From a bacterium (GTDB lineage Bacteria; Verrucomicrobiota; Kiritimatiellia; CAIKKV01; CAITUY01), in the NCBI GenBank assembly GCA_037141135.1, contig JBAXDB010000002.1:1-56800 (forward strand): a stretch of DNA of 56,800 nucleotides, in the 5' to 3' direction. The notes beneath the pieces were generated by a model. The model was given only the letters and a program-made list of their open reading frames with translations. It did no database searches and was not told the DNA's origin. Below are positions 1 through 10,055 of this stretch, in pieces (position 1 is the stretch's first letter; each line of letters opens with the position of its first letter). Made by a program: the position numbers and the translations under genes.

Positions 1-1595
1 TTCATCTGGTCCGGCGTGAAATGATCCTGCCCGCGCGGATACATGTTCAGGCCGATCATGTCGTACACGGAAAATAGATCGAGGCCCCACTCATAAATGG
101 ACTTCATCTGGTTGAAACTGTCCAAGGCGTTGGAACAGGAAATCCGCTGGCCAATGGTAAGGATTGCCGGCCTGTACTTCCGGACGGTCGCAAGCTGAAA
201 GGCAAAGTACTCCCTCACATAATGCCGCAGGAACTCATAAACCAGATCATGATAAACGCCGCCGGCATCGGGCGGCATGTTGGTTTCAATCTCCGCGAAA
301 TCCCTGAACCGGGTCCCGTAGAGCCTATTATAGTCGTCGATGCGGCCGTTGAATTTGGTCCTGGCAAAGCTGGCAAACTCCCGGCGGCAGGCCGGCGAAT
401 AGATGGCCCGCGGAAGCTCCGCCCAGGGCAATTCATTGTCAAGACAGACCGCAAACAAATCCGCCCTGCCGCGCTTGTCGAACCACTCTTTGACATACCG
501 GTCGTAGGCGTTCCTGAACTTTTCACTAAACACATCGGGGAATAACGAGGCGGAACCCATGACGGGTTTTGCATTCCGGTCCATCATCACAAGATCCTCC
601 ACCTTCACCTTGCCCGCACCGTAAAGGCTTTCGGCAATCGCCCACAACCTGAAACCATGATGACCGGCCAGGCTGAGGTTCAACATGATCGTGTCCACAT
701 AGGGGAGGGTCGCGGCCTTGTCATGTTTCCTCATCTCAAGCGCGCGGTTCATCGGCTCGATTTCAATGCCCGCGCCGATGGAGTTGAACCCCCAGGCGAT
801 CAGGCTGTCAAAGATGGCATTTTCATAGGCGCGACTGTTTCCGGTATGCAGATAACGATCCCGGATAAACCGCCGCAAGGGCAATTCCCCATAATCCCCG
901 ATCGGGCCGCCCCCCCACAGGCTGACATTCCAAAAGGCCTTTCCCGCAGGATCAAACAACCACCAGACGCCCTCCACCTGCCTGACTGAATATTTCCCTT
1001 CCGGTGAAATTGTGGGCCGCGCCGCCGCTTTCCCGACCGGAATTTCCCGCATTTTCCCGACAAATGAAATCCGCTTCGCTTCATCGCGGCTGATTTCATT
1101 GATGGCCATATCGTCGATCCAATATTCTCCCGCCTCCTGCATTCTCAGGCGCACCTTGCAGGCAGTCGTGGTTTCGGGAAATACCAGAAGATAGTCTTTC
1201 TTTTCCCACTCTGCCTGATGATCCTGAAATGTAATGGACTGGGCGCCGAGACTATGGCCCGGCTTGAAGTACTCAACCGTGACGCCCGACCAGATCAGCG
1301 GCCGGGTTTTCGTTCTATAGTGATAATGCAACCGGTACTTCTTTTGGGGATCGAGGGTAATATATTGGGTTTCCATGCTGATTACCTGATTCGCCGGCAA
1401 GTTCACCTTGAGGCGCGGACGACCGGCCCAGCGCCGCTCAAAACCCAGCGCCTTTTCATCACCCTGCAGAACAGTCCAGGCCAGAGGCGGATTCTCTTTG
1501 GCGTGGCTCCACGGGCGGAGAAACAGGATCGCCAGCAGGGCTGCTCCCACCAGAAACAGCGCCAGCGCCTTGTGTATCTTGAAAACGGAAACCAT
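1..1595 (-). CDS. Glycoside-hydrolase-like protein (candidate clan GH-A TIM barrel) with N-terminal hydrophobic anchor/signal and a beta-sandwich-like module; 3' end runs off the window
   Basis: My own minus-strand translation gives an uninterrupted frame from the ATG (complement of 1593-1595) down to position 1. It is absent from the ORF track because no stop codon lies in the window. The N-terminus is MVSVFKIHKALALFLVGAALLAILFL. An internal ...FAVCLDNELPW... resembles the Asn-Glu acid/base strand of clan GH-A hydrolases. The start lies 3 nt after the stop of the upstream GT4 gene. Confidence 0.55.
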   Translation of the reverse strand, partial: MVSVFKIHKALALFLVGAALLAILFLRPWSHAKENPPLAWTVLQGDEKALGFERRWAGRPRLKVNLPANQVISMETQYITLDPQKKYRLHYHYRTKTRPLIWSGVTVEYFKPGHSLGAQSITFQDHQAEWEKKDYLLVFPETTTACKVRLRMQEAGEYWIDDMAINEISRDEAKRISFVGKMREIPVGKAAARPTISPEGKYSVRQVEGVWWLFDPAGKAFWNVSLWGGGPIGDYGELPLRRFIRDRYLHTGNSRAYENAIFDSLIAWGFNSIGAGIEIEPMNRALEMRKHDKAATLPYVDTIMLNLSLAGHHGFRLWAIAESLYGAGKVKVEDLVMMDRNAKPVMGSASLFPDVFSEKFRNAYDRYVKEWFDKRGRADLFAVCLDNELPWAELPRAIYSPACRREFASFARTKFNGRIDDYNRLYGTRFRDFAEIETNMPPDAGGVYHDLVYEFLRHYVREYFAFQLATVRKYRPAILTIGQRISCSNALDSFNQMKSIYEWGLDLFSVYDMIGLNMYPRGQDHFTPDQM

Positions 1596-1598
1596 GGA

Positions 1599-2711
1599 TC
1601 ATTCCCTGTCGAGCAATTCGCGATAAAGCGCCGCGTATTGTTCCGCCGTATTCCCGATGGTAAACCGGCTGACATTGCGAAGGCCGCCTTCCACAAGTTT
1701 CCCGGCCAGTTCACCCGGGCCCAGCAATCTCCGGACCGCTTCCGCCATGTGGGCCGGATTGGCGGGTTCCACCAGCAAGGCATCCTCGCCATCATGCAAG
1801 ACCTCAAGGAATCCATCCACCCGGGTGGCCACCACGGGAATGCCGGCGGCCTGCGCCTCTAGCGCAACAATCCCGAAAGATTCCTGGACCGAGGGGCAGA
1901 CCAGCACATCCAGCACGGCCAGCCAGGGCGCCACATCGGTTTTCATCCCCACAAACCGGATCCGTTCCGCAATCCCCTCCGCCGCCGCCTGCGCCTGCCA
2001 GTCCGCCATTTCGGGACCATGACCCACCAGCACGCCCCGCACGTGGGGATCCGTGCGGATCAGCCGCGCCATGAGTTGCACCCAGACCGCCCCTCCTTTT
2101 TCCGGACTGCAACGGCCCACCATGCCAATCAGCACGCCCTCCGGATTCAGCCCAAGCCGCTTCCGGTCGGCCGCCCGGGCGGAAGATCTGCGGAAAGCGT
2201 CTGGACGAATTCCATTATGAATGACCCGGATCAATCTGCCGGGCATGCCCTGCCTGATGAGGGAGCGCTTCACACTTTCACTTACCGCCACCATCCGGTC
2301 GGTGGCCGGACGCAAAAGGGTATTCCCCAGCCGTTGCTTCAAGGGCTGGCTCCAACCCGCCACCGTGTGGACGGTGGTCACAACCCGCGGCGTACGCGCC
2401 AGAACCGCCGCCAGCCTTCCCCAGAACCCCGCCGAGAAGGAATGGGTGTTGAGAATATCGATCTGCAAATCTCGCAGCAGGCGCCGGAGCCGCCACACGG
2501 CTCCCGGATCAAATCCCCTTTTCCGCCCGATGAAGTGGCCCGGAATGCCGCGCGCCGTCAGCGGCTCAAACAGGGCGCCCCGGTCATCCAAACAGGCCAC
2601 CCGGACATCAAAGCCCTTCTCCACCAGCAAAGGCATCAGTTCAACCAGCATCGTCTCCGCACCGCCCACGCGAAGATGATGGATCAGCTGGAGTACCCGC
2701 GGGCGGCTCAT
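1599..2711 (-). CDS. Glycosyltransferase, GT4 family (GT-B fold)
   Basis: 370 aa. The N-terminus RVLQLIHHLRVGGAETMLVEL and the C-terminal half (ESFGIVALEAQAAGIPVVATRVDG...) are typical of Glycos_transf_1/GT4 enzymes. ATGA overlap with the upstream gene at 2708-2711. Confidence 0.85.
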   Translation of the reverse strand: MSRPRVLQLIHHLRVGGAETMLVELMPLLVEKGFDVRVACLDDRGALFEPLTARGIPGHFIGRKRGFDPGAVWRLRRLLRDLQIDILNTHSFSAGFWGRLAAVLARTPRVVTTVHTVAGWSQPLKQRLGNTLLRPATDRMVAVSESVKRSLIRQGMPGRLIRVIHNGIRPDAFRRSSARAADRKRLGLNPEGVLIGMVGRCSPEKGGAVWVQLMARLIRTDPHVRGVLVGHGPEMADWQAQAAAEGIAERIRFVGMKTDVAPWLAVLDVLVCPSVQESFGIVALEAQAAGIPVVATRVDGFLEVLHDGEDALLVEPANPAHMAEAVRRLLGPGELAGKLVEGGLRNVSRFTIGNTAEQYAALYRELLDRE

Positions 2712-3940
2712 AAAGGCACTCCCCGGCTTCTCTCGCGAAGAGCCCGCATATAAATCTCACGGGCGTTGAACCGCGCCGCATAGACATAGGGGGCCGGCGC
2801 CGGGTTGCTGTCCAGCCAGCGGATCGGCCGCCCGGCCAACCGTTCGCCGATGAGAGGCCGCAGATCCATACCGACCGGGATCACGGCGGGCCCATGGTGC
2901 GAGTAAACCTCACGCCAGATGGCCTCTGTCTCATAAGGACATAGCAGCGGGCACCCCGTGAAATTCCGGACCACCTGATGGTAGTTGCCTACCAGGCAGG
3001 GAACCCGCGTAAGATGAATATCAAAAAATCCGGCAGGATTTTTTTGAAGGTAACGCCGATGAAAGGACCGACCCACATGCAGCGCATCAGCCGCAGAGCC
3101 GGACCAGAAGATACACTTGAAGTCATAACCTTTTGCGATCCGCCTGAGTGCCGGCAACCAACGCATATGGCGCGGGTCGGAATACAGGTCACTGCAAACG
3201 ATCTTTTGCTCCGTCTCCGCCGGCGTTTCCTCGTTCCGGTTGTCGTGACTGAAAAACCGGCCCGTATGCAAGTGGTTCTGTTCCATCCATTGCCGGACCA
3301 GGGGTCCGTTCGGCGCCGCACTAAAGACATGCCAGTGTTCCGGGTTCAGTTTGGGAATCAAAGCCAGAATCTGGCTGTCCTTGCCCCCCACCATCATGAC
3401 GTGATGGTGTTCGGGATAGCGCGTCTCGATGTCGCGCGTGAATTGCAAAAGATGCGCGGTCACGCCCTCCACCAGTTCATCAGGCTGTCGCATTGAAAAA
3501 TCCGGGCTGAAGTTTCCTGTCGCCCCCTCCGGCGTGACCCGTTCGAAAGGCCGGAGCTTGTGGACGCGGGCATCCAGAGTGGCCCAGGATTCATACCAGA
3601 ACCGGTTCCGGGCAAGCGGATTCAGGAGGAATGGAGGGAGCAGCCGTTTGGCAAGATCCTTCACCCCCTTGGGCAAGGCCGCCGTACCCTGGACAAAACG
3701 TTGCCGAGCATCATCTCCAAGCAGATATTCATGCGGTTGAAAAGCCGGATCCGGGTCCAGCGGGCCCGCCTCCGCGATCAGGTCAATGGCTGAGGTGGAC
3801 ACCTTCAGGCGGTCGGGCAGGCGCCGGTAATAACAGGGATGGATGCCGCAGGCGCCGTCGGTCAGGCACAGGGTTTCCACAACCCCGCCAGGCGGAACCT
3901 TCAGGTGCAAGTCAAGGCTGTCAAGACGGGGATGGATCAT
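2708..3940 (-). CDS. Hypothetical enzyme with a possible PP-loop (adenine-nucleotide alpha-hydrolase-like) motif
   Basis: The track ORF is 2708..4018. I prefer the internal start at Met27 (complement of 3938-3940) because it removes the 70-nt overlap with the upstream gene, whose stop is at 3948. The motif HVMMVGGKDSQILAL resembles the SGGxDS PP-loop. No other family signature was recognised. Confidence 0.45.
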   Translation of the reverse strand: MIHPRLDSLDLHLKVPPGGVVETLCLTDGACGIHPCYYRRLPDRLKVSTSAIDLIAEAGPLDPDPAFQPHEYLLGDDARQRFVQGTAALPKGVKDLAKRLLPPFLLNPLARNRFWYESWATLDARVHKLRPFERVTPEGATGNFSPDFSMRQPDELVEGVTAHLLQFTRDIETRYPEHHHVMMVGGKDSQILALIPKLNPEHWHVFSAAPNGPLVRQWMEQNHLHTGRFFSHDNRNEETPAETEQKIVCSDLYSDPRHMRWLPALRRIAKGYDFKCIFWSGSAADALHVGRSFHRRYLQKNPAGFFDIHLTRVPCLVGNYHQVVRNFTGCPLLCPYETEAIWREVYSHHGPAVIPVGMDLRPLIGERLAGRPIRWLDSNPAPAPYVYAARFNAREIYMRALRERSRGVPL

Positions 3941-3947
3941 CGGTCGT

Positions 3948-5348
3948 CTACCAGGGTTTCGCGGCCAGAGCCGCGAGTTGTTCCCGCCGGATATGGCCCG
4001 CCGCCGCCACCGCGCCAAAGACGATCCACATGTATTTATGCAAATCCGTAGGCTCGTACAGGGAAACGATCAAGAAGGCCACGATGATGACCTCGAGGAC
4101 TTCGACGGCCTGTTTGAGAAAACTGTCCCGCTCGCCATAAGACCTCGTCACAAACCGCATTTCGCGGAACGTCTCCCACAGGATCAGGCCAAACGCGGAC
4201 AGCCCCAGCAAGCCCGACTGCGCCGCAATGGACAGGTAGAGATTAAAACAAACGCTTGGAATGTGGGTGTGGTCAAACCGGAATTCGGGCGCCATGTACT
4301 GCATGATGAAATTACCCGGCCCGAAACCGAGCCACGGATTTTGCATGAACAACTGGTAACCAATGCGAAGGGAAGCCAGACGCCGGTTGATTGTCGCGTC
4401 AAAGCCAAAATGGTTAAACAAAGAAGACACTCGATCCCAGTAGGTATGCGGAATCAGCGGAAACAGACAGATCGCCAGCAACCCGGCCACAGCCAGCGCC
4501 ACCGGCAACGAAATGCGGTGCCTGATCCTGAATAACAGGAACCCGATTGACAATATCCCCACGACGAAGATTCCCCGCGCATACGTCTGGACAATGGCGA
4601 GCGCCAGGATCGCAATCACCGGCAGCAGGACGAACCGCAACCACACCTTCCGGGTCACAAAAAGGAAGTAGATACTGACCAGCATGGCCATCAGCACGTT
4701 TGTGCCAAAGGTCGGCGGATCATCGAAGGACCAGCCGATGGAACGGGCGTAACTGCCAGTGCCCTGGAAGGAGATCCCCGTGCCCGGCACAACAGAACTC
4801 ATGGCGGACACGAGACTGGCCACCACCATGACCGCAAGCAGCATGGCCAGATCGCTTTTCCTCCGGATCACATTAGCACAAAGGAAATAAAGCAGGAACA
4901 TGCTGAAGAATCGCGTGATAAAATACAACGAATGGGGGTTGCCGCCATTGGACAGCGAGGAGATCACCAGCAACATGCCGAATACCGCAACAAAAAAGCC
5001 CTGCCGGCCCAGGACGATGGGTCGCCGCGCCACAAACCAGTCCAGGATCAAGATCGCAAACGCCGGGACAAAGAGCAACTTGGTGAGGGAGTTGAAAGAC
5101 CCGAACGTCACCTGGGTATGCAGATAGCTGAGCGGCACCAAAGCCACAATGGCGAACAGGATCACCTTCGGAAGGTTCTCCAGCCTGTGAACGGCGCCCG
5201 CACACACCACCAGCCCGAACGCCGTGGCCAGCGCCGCCAGTTGCGATACGGAGGTCAGCAACGCGAACAACACCACCCCGACCATCAGGCCCAGATTGAC
5301 ACGTAATCCCTGCGACATAAACAATGCCTCCTTAAGGCAAATACCCAC
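3948..5348 (-). CDS. Polytopic membrane protein, O-antigen ligase/polymerase (Wzy_C)-like
   Basis: 466 aa, hydrophobic throughout with about 10-12 predicted TM segments. It sits inside a Wza/Wzc polysaccharide operon. The start is uncertain because the ORF overlaps the upstream deacetylase gene by 64 nt. Confidence 0.65.
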   Translation of the reverse strand: MGICLKEALFMSQGLRVNLGLMVGVVLFALLTSVSQLAALATAFGLVVCAGAVHRLENLPKVILFAIVALVPLSYLHTQVTFGSFNSLTKLLFVPAFAILILDWFVARRPIVLGRQGFFVAVFGMLLVISSLSNGGNPHSLYFITRFFSMFLLYFLCANVIRRKSDLAMLLAVMVVASLVSAMSSVVPGTGISFQGTGSYARSIGWSFDDPPTFGTNVLMAMLVSIYFLFVTRKVWLRFVLLPVIAILALAIVQTYARGIFVVGILSIGFLLFRIRHRISLPVALAVAGLLAICLFPLIPHTYWDRVSSLFNHFGFDATINRRLASLRIGYQLFMQNPWLGFGPGNFIMQYMAPEFRFDHTHIPSVCFNLYLSIAAQSGLLGLSAFGLILWETFREMRFVTRSYGERDSFLKQAVEVLEVIIVAFLIVSLYEPTDLHKYMWIVFGAVAAAGHIRREQLAALAAKPW

Positions 5349-6676
5349 TTCCTGGCCTGATGCATCACCGCCAGGAACGGATACACAAGATACCAGCCTT
5401 CAAATACTTTCAACTCCAAAACAAACGCCGCAAAATCCAGCCACTGGGAACGTATCCCCGCCGCCCGGCAACCGATAAACGTACGCACGATCATGCCCGG
5501 CGCCTCGCCCGTCACATTCCGGCTGTTATGCCGGTTTGACACCGTGGCCCTATACCCCAGTCGCCGCGCCACGGCCTCACCCTCCGGCGAAAAAGCATTT
5601 TCCGGCCAGCACAACACCTCGACCTTCGTGCGCAGTTTGCGCTCCAGCGTCTCCCGGGCCCGGCCCAAATCCTCCAAGACACGCCGGACGTATGCCTCTG
5701 GTTCCTCCATACTCCCATGTTTCACCGGATCGCAGATTCTTCGCTGCCACTCCTCGCGCAGACGTGCTTCCCAATCCGGTTTGTCAAAAATCGCCCCGCC
5801 TGCCTCACCCACCCACGACAGAAACCGCGCCACGGCCTCCGGGGCAGGTCGATAGGCCCGATGCGCCAGCGCGGGCCCCTGCCGGAACACCGGCTGGCCC
5901 CACAACGAACGATCCTCCGCCAGTTTATGCCACCATTGCCTTCGCATTTCCGGCAGGGCATTCCATAACATCCATAAATTGGGTTTGCCCGGTCCGATAA
6001 ACCCCTTCAGTTCCGGCTCCACAAAAACCTGCGTATGGGCCTCGCCGTGCGACTGGATTTCCACCAGCCCGCTGGCCTGCATGGCCTTTAATTCCGGCCA
6101 TGTCAAATACCCGCTCCAATCCAGACTGCCCCATTTCGCGCACTCATTCTGCTCAATCGTCGGACGGCAACCCAGCGCTTCCGCGACAAACCCGGTGCTG
6201 ACAAACAGCGTGGCCTTCATGCCGTATTTCCTTAACAGCGGGAACACCGCCATCCAGTTGTCGGCATACCCGTCATCAAAAGTAAGCGCCACATATCGGC
6301 CGCGCGACAGCAACCGCAGTTTACCGGTCAACGCCTGATTCACCTCACTGACGAACAGGGTCCGATAACCCTGCTTTGCCAGATAAGACAATTGACACTC
6401 AAACGCGGCAGGGGTCAACGACACTTGGTCGGCAATCTGGAGCCACTCCGGACAGGCGGACACACTGTGGTAATTCAAGACCGGGATCTTCCGCGGCCAC
6501 CGTCGCACCAAAATCAGCCAGGTTCCCAATCCAAAGGCCAGCAGCAGGCACAGCCGGATCCATGTCAAAAGCAGAGTCAGCCACCATAACGCTGCCATAA
6601 AGCCAACAAACCCCAGCCACCCAACCCAGGCCATCGCCCGTGCCCGAGTCGCTCCATTTTTAAAGATCGGTCGCAT
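5285..6676 (-). CDS. Membrane-anchored polysaccharide deacetylase (NodB homology domain)
   Basis: 463 aa. N-terminal TM helices are followed by YVALTFDDGYADNW (the NodB TFDDG motif) and a downstream HGEAHT His motif. Confidence 0.8.
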   Translation of the reverse strand: MRPIFKNGATRARAMAWVGWLGFVGFMAALWWLTLLLTWIRLCLLLAFGLGTWLILVRRWPRKIPVLNYHSVSACPEWLQIADQVSLTPAAFECQLSYLAKQGYRTLFVSEVNQALTGKLRLLSRGRYVALTFDDGYADNWMAVFPLLRKYGMKATLFVSTGFVAEALGCRPTIEQNECAKWGSLDWSGYLTWPELKAMQASGLVEIQSHGEAHTQVFVEPELKGFIGPGKPNLWMLWNALPEMRRQWWHKLAEDRSLWGQPVFRQGPALAHRAYRPAPEAVARFLSWVGEAGGAIFDKPDWEARLREEWQRRICDPVKHGSMEEPEAYVRRVLEDLGRARETLERKLRTKVEVLCWPENAFSPEGEAVARRLGYRATVSNRHNSRNVTGEAPGMIVRTFIGCRAAGIRSQWLDFAAFVLELKVFEGWYLVYPFLAVMHQARKWVFALRRHCLCRRDYVSIWA

Positions 6677-6690
6677 GACGGCCGCTCTTT

Positions 6691-8748
6691 TCAGGCATGG
6701 CGTGAGACCGGTTTGCTCGTCAGGGGACCCGTTGAATAACCGTTCCCATTGGTATGTCCGTTGGTACCGGCTTCAAAAAGGTGGTCGCCCGCATGCATCT
6801 TCTTGTTAAAAATGATTTTCATCCTGCCCGCCGCGCTCCCAAGTCGCTGGCGTACCTCATCGGCATCGCTCCGGCAGGATTTCGTGGCATCAAAGACACA
6901 CACAATATCAGTCGCCAGGGGCAAGAGGCGGGACACCGTGGAATCGACACGTAATGCCGCAGTATCAATCAAAATCAGGTCATACCCCGCCCTGAGCTGG
7001 AGGAGTTCCTGTTGAACTTTTTCAACGACCCATTTCGATTGTGCCGTCGGGCGCTTGAGGCCGGCATTGATCAGGGTGAGTCCCCCATCAACGGTCACGG
7101 AAACCGCCTTGGCTTCCACTGCGCCGGACAGAATTTCCGCCATACCGACCGACTGGGATTTGCCGAACGCAAGGTGGAGCGAGGGAGCGCCGAAGTTGGC
7201 GTCAACGAGCAGCACCTTGAGTCCCGACTCCCGTGCCAGCTTGGCGAGTTGCTCGATCAAATAGGTTTTTCCCTCGCCCCCATTCAGGCTCGCGAACATG
7301 CAGATCCGGGCGCCAATGCCATCCGTCAGGCGCATCAGCAAATGTTCCAGATGCCGCTTGGTGGTGCGCCGGTGCGCCACCGTGCCATAATGGCCATGAG
7401 CCACACTCTGGAAGAATTCTGTCAACCGGCCGGAGGGCTCGATATCAGGGTCCCCGTGACCGTTGGCAACCACGTAGGGCATGAGGCCGACGATTTCGCC
7501 GCCGTCGCGACCGAGGTCATCCCGGCTGCGCAGTCCGGGCCGCCACGCCTCGCAAACCAGCACATAACAGATTGAAAGCAGCAGGCCCACGATGAGCGAC
7601 GCCACGGCATTACGCAACAGAAGCGGCCCCTCCGGGTAGACTGGCGGGATGGCGCGATCAATCACCCTCGCCGTGCTCAGTTGGGCCAGTTCCGTGATCT
7701 TGGTATCCAGCAGCCTATCCTGCAAGGAACTGATGGTATGTTCCAAGTTCAGCCTTTCCCGGTACAAATCCAGAAGCCCGGCTTCTTTGGCTGGCAACTT
7801 GTCCAACACAGCCCCCTGGTCGCCAATCACCTTTTCAACCGCCGCCTCACGCATTTTAAGTTCGCTGCGTTCCGCCTCAATCGCAGCCAACGCCGCCGGG
7901 GTCTGGTAAGGCCTGAGCGCATCGATCCGGGCATCCAACTGGGCCCGGTTTACACGGGTGGCATTAAGATCGCGCAGGTACATTGATCTTTCCTGCAGCC
8001 CGAGTTCCATATCGGTCGAGGAGGCATAGAGTTTTTCTCCCACCCGATACTCCTTGATCTTCGTTTCCAGCACAGCCAAATCGGCTTTTGATTCCTTGAT
8101 CTTCGCCTCGATGTAGTCGCGAGTGGTCCGCATCTCTTCCCGGTTCGTCTGCAAAATCATCTGCACATGACGATCCGCCAGCGTATTCGCCACCGCCGCC
8201 GCGATCTTGGGATTTTCCCAAGTCACTGCAATCTGGTAGACAAAGGAACCCGGCAGATTCTGGACTTTGGTGCGGGCCTGAATGGTGTCCACCAATGACA
8301 TGAACGGATCGGGCGTCTCCCAGCGCCCGGTATTCAGCAGGGTCATTGCCCGGCCAAAGAGTCCGAAAATCGGGGCAATCAAATTATGCCGGATATGGCC
8401 CAGGACACCGCCGTTGCTCAACTCCGCCTTATCATGCGTCAGCATGGTGCGCGCCACATCCTCCGCCAGGGTGCGACTGGTCATGGTTTCAGAGTAGGTC
8501 TGGCCCAACAACGCCACCGGACTCCCGAACATATCCGGTCGGCCAGCCGCGAACCCGATCTCACTGCGGGTGGGCAGAATCGTCATTTTGGTGCGGGCCA
8601 CAAATTTCGGGCGGAAGGCCATGCTGAAGGCCGTCAGCACCAGCGTCAGGATAAACAGCCTGGAGGTAATCCACCAAATCCGTCGCCGGTGATAGGTCAA
8701 AAGCCGGAAGGAACGTTTGATCAAGTCGTCATATGAAGTTGTCGTCAT
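6691..8748 (-). CDS. Polysaccharide co-polymerase with C-terminal P-loop ATPase (Wzc/GumC/BY-kinase-like)
   Basis: 685 aa. Two TM segments flank a long coiled-coil periplasmic region (Wzz-like). The C-terminal domain has Walker A SLNGGEGKTYL, Walker A' VLLVDAN and Walker B DLILIDTAA. Confidence 0.85.
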   Translation of the reverse strand: MTTTSYDDLIKRSFRLLTYHRRRIWWITSRLFILTLVLTAFSMAFRPKFVARTKMTILPTRSEIGFAAGRPDMFGSPVALLGQTYSETMTSRTLAEDVARTMLTHDKAELSNGGVLGHIRHNLIAPIFGLFGRAMTLLNTGRWETPDPFMSLVDTIQARTKVQNLPGSFVYQIAVTWENPKIAAAVANTLADRHVQMILQTNREEMRTTRDYIEAKIKESKADLAVLETKIKEYRVGEKLYASSTDMELGLQERSMYLRDLNATRVNRAQLDARIDALRPYQTPAALAAIEAERSELKMREAAVEKVIGDQGAVLDKLPAKEAGLLDLYRERLNLEHTISSLQDRLLDTKITELAQLSTARVIDRAIPPVYPEGPLLLRNAVASLIVGLLLSICYVLVCEAWRPGLRSRDDLGRDGGEIVGLMPYVVANGHGDPDIEPSGRLTEFFQSVAHGHYGTVAHRRTTKRHLEHLLMRLTDGIGARICMFASLNGGEGKTYLIEQLAKLARESGLKVLLVDANFGAPSLHLAFGKSQSVGMAEILSGAVEAKAVSVTVDGGLTLINAGLKRPTAQSKWVVEKVQQELLQLRAGYDLILIDTAALRVDSTVSRLLPLATDIVCVFDATKSCRSDADEVRQRLGSAAGRMKIIFNKKMHAGDHLFEAGTNGHTNGNGYSTGPLTSKPVSRHA

Positions 8749-8758
8749 GGAGTCTCCC

Positions 8759-9955
8759 TTAGTTCAAATTGTAACCGAAGCCCAAGCCGGTCGGCACGGG
8801 CATCATCCGTCGGATGTATTGATCCACAAAGGTATTCAGGTTAGCCACACCGGTGCGGGGCACCAGCAGCATATCCCGGGGTGAGAGCGCAATCTCAGGG
8901 CCCAGCGGTTTACCGGAGTCAATATCCAGGTTGATCACATGCCAGCTCACCTTGCCATCTGACCGTCGATTTACGACCACCACCTGGGATTTCTTGGCGG
9001 TCTCCAGCGCGCCTCCCGCCATCGCCAGCGCAAAGAAGGGACTGATCGGATTGTTAATTGTGTAGCGCCCCGGATTCCGGACTTCACCCAAAACAGCAAT
9101 ATTCCCATCCGAACTGGAGGTTAAATTCAAGGCCACGGCGATGCCCCGCCGGAAAACCCGGTTGTATTTCTCATCCAGTTCCGCCGAAAGCGCAGGCAGG
9201 GTTTTGCCCATGGCGCTGACCTCGCCCACCAGCGGGAAGGTCACCGTGCCATCGTTCCGGATCTGGATGATGCGCGTGGAACCCAGGTCTGTGTTGCTGC
9301 GCAGGGTATTAAGGAAATCGCGGGCCATGGCATTGCCTTCCTTGAGGATCACGGTGATTTCCGCACCCGCCATGGACTTGGCCATCCGCGTGGTAATATC
9401 GGTCCGCACCTGCGCCACCGTCAGGCCGCGCACATACATTTCGCCGATCAGGAAAAAGGAAATGCAGCCATCCGGACGCACCGTCACATCTCCGGTAAAG
9501 GTTTGCTGCCCCGCGACACTGATAGTCAGAACATCCTGACTGTCAATCAGGTATTCCTTCGAATCGCCCGGAGGACGGGGGAAATACGAGACCGCCAGCA
9601 CATCGCCGGGGGAAATGCGGTAATTGGTTGGCCCCTCAAAAGGCATTTTCGGTGCGGGAGCGGCATTCGGCATTGCCGCAGTCTTGCCGGTTTCCGTAGA
9701 AGGCGCTTTGACCGGTGGCTCCTGGACGATTTCATCCGGCGGGGGGATAACCTGACGCTGAGGCTCCGCCTCCGGCGAGCCTGCGAAACTCCGGACTTCA
9801 TGACGCGCCGAGGCGTGGTAGATAATTCCGACGAGCCCATCGTCCTGATCCGGAGGGGTACTACAGGACGAACAGAGAACCAGACCCATGGCCAATGCCA
9901 TGCAGGCGCCGACCTTTACCCCGAAGGGTTGATGTTTTTGATCACGAGTTTTCAC
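8759..9955 (-). CDS. Outer-membrane polysaccharide export protein (Wza-like; Poly_export + SLBB)
   Basis: 398 aa. It has a lipobox-like N-terminus (LVLCSSCS), YRISPGDVLAVSYF (the Poly_export motif) and repeated SLBB-like segments. Confidence 0.85.
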   Translation of the reverse strand: MKTRDQKHQPFGVKVGACMALAMGLVLCSSCSTPPDQDDGLVGIIYHASARHEVRSFAGSPEAEPQRQVIPPPDEIVQEPPVKAPSTETGKTAAMPNAAPAPKMPFEGPTNYRISPGDVLAVSYFPRPPGDSKEYLIDSQDVLTISVAGQQTFTGDVTVRPDGCISFFLIGEMYVRGLTVAQVRTDITTRMAKSMAGAEITVILKEGNAMARDFLNTLRSNTDLGSTRIIQIRNDGTVTFPLVGEVSAMGKTLPALSAELDEKYNRVFRRGIAVALNLTSSSDGNIAVLGEVRNPGRYTINNPISPFFALAMAGGALETAKKSQVVVVNRRSDGKVSWHVINLDIDSGKPLGPEIALSPRDMLLVPRTGVANLNTFVDQYIRRMMPVPTGLGFGYNLN

Positions 9956-10055
9956 GTTAATTCAGTCCTCCCAGTTCATTGAAATGTTTGGCAGTAGACA
10001 CCTTCAGGATTTGGACTCAATTAGCGTGGTGTTACTTCTTGGCTTGCATTCGAAA

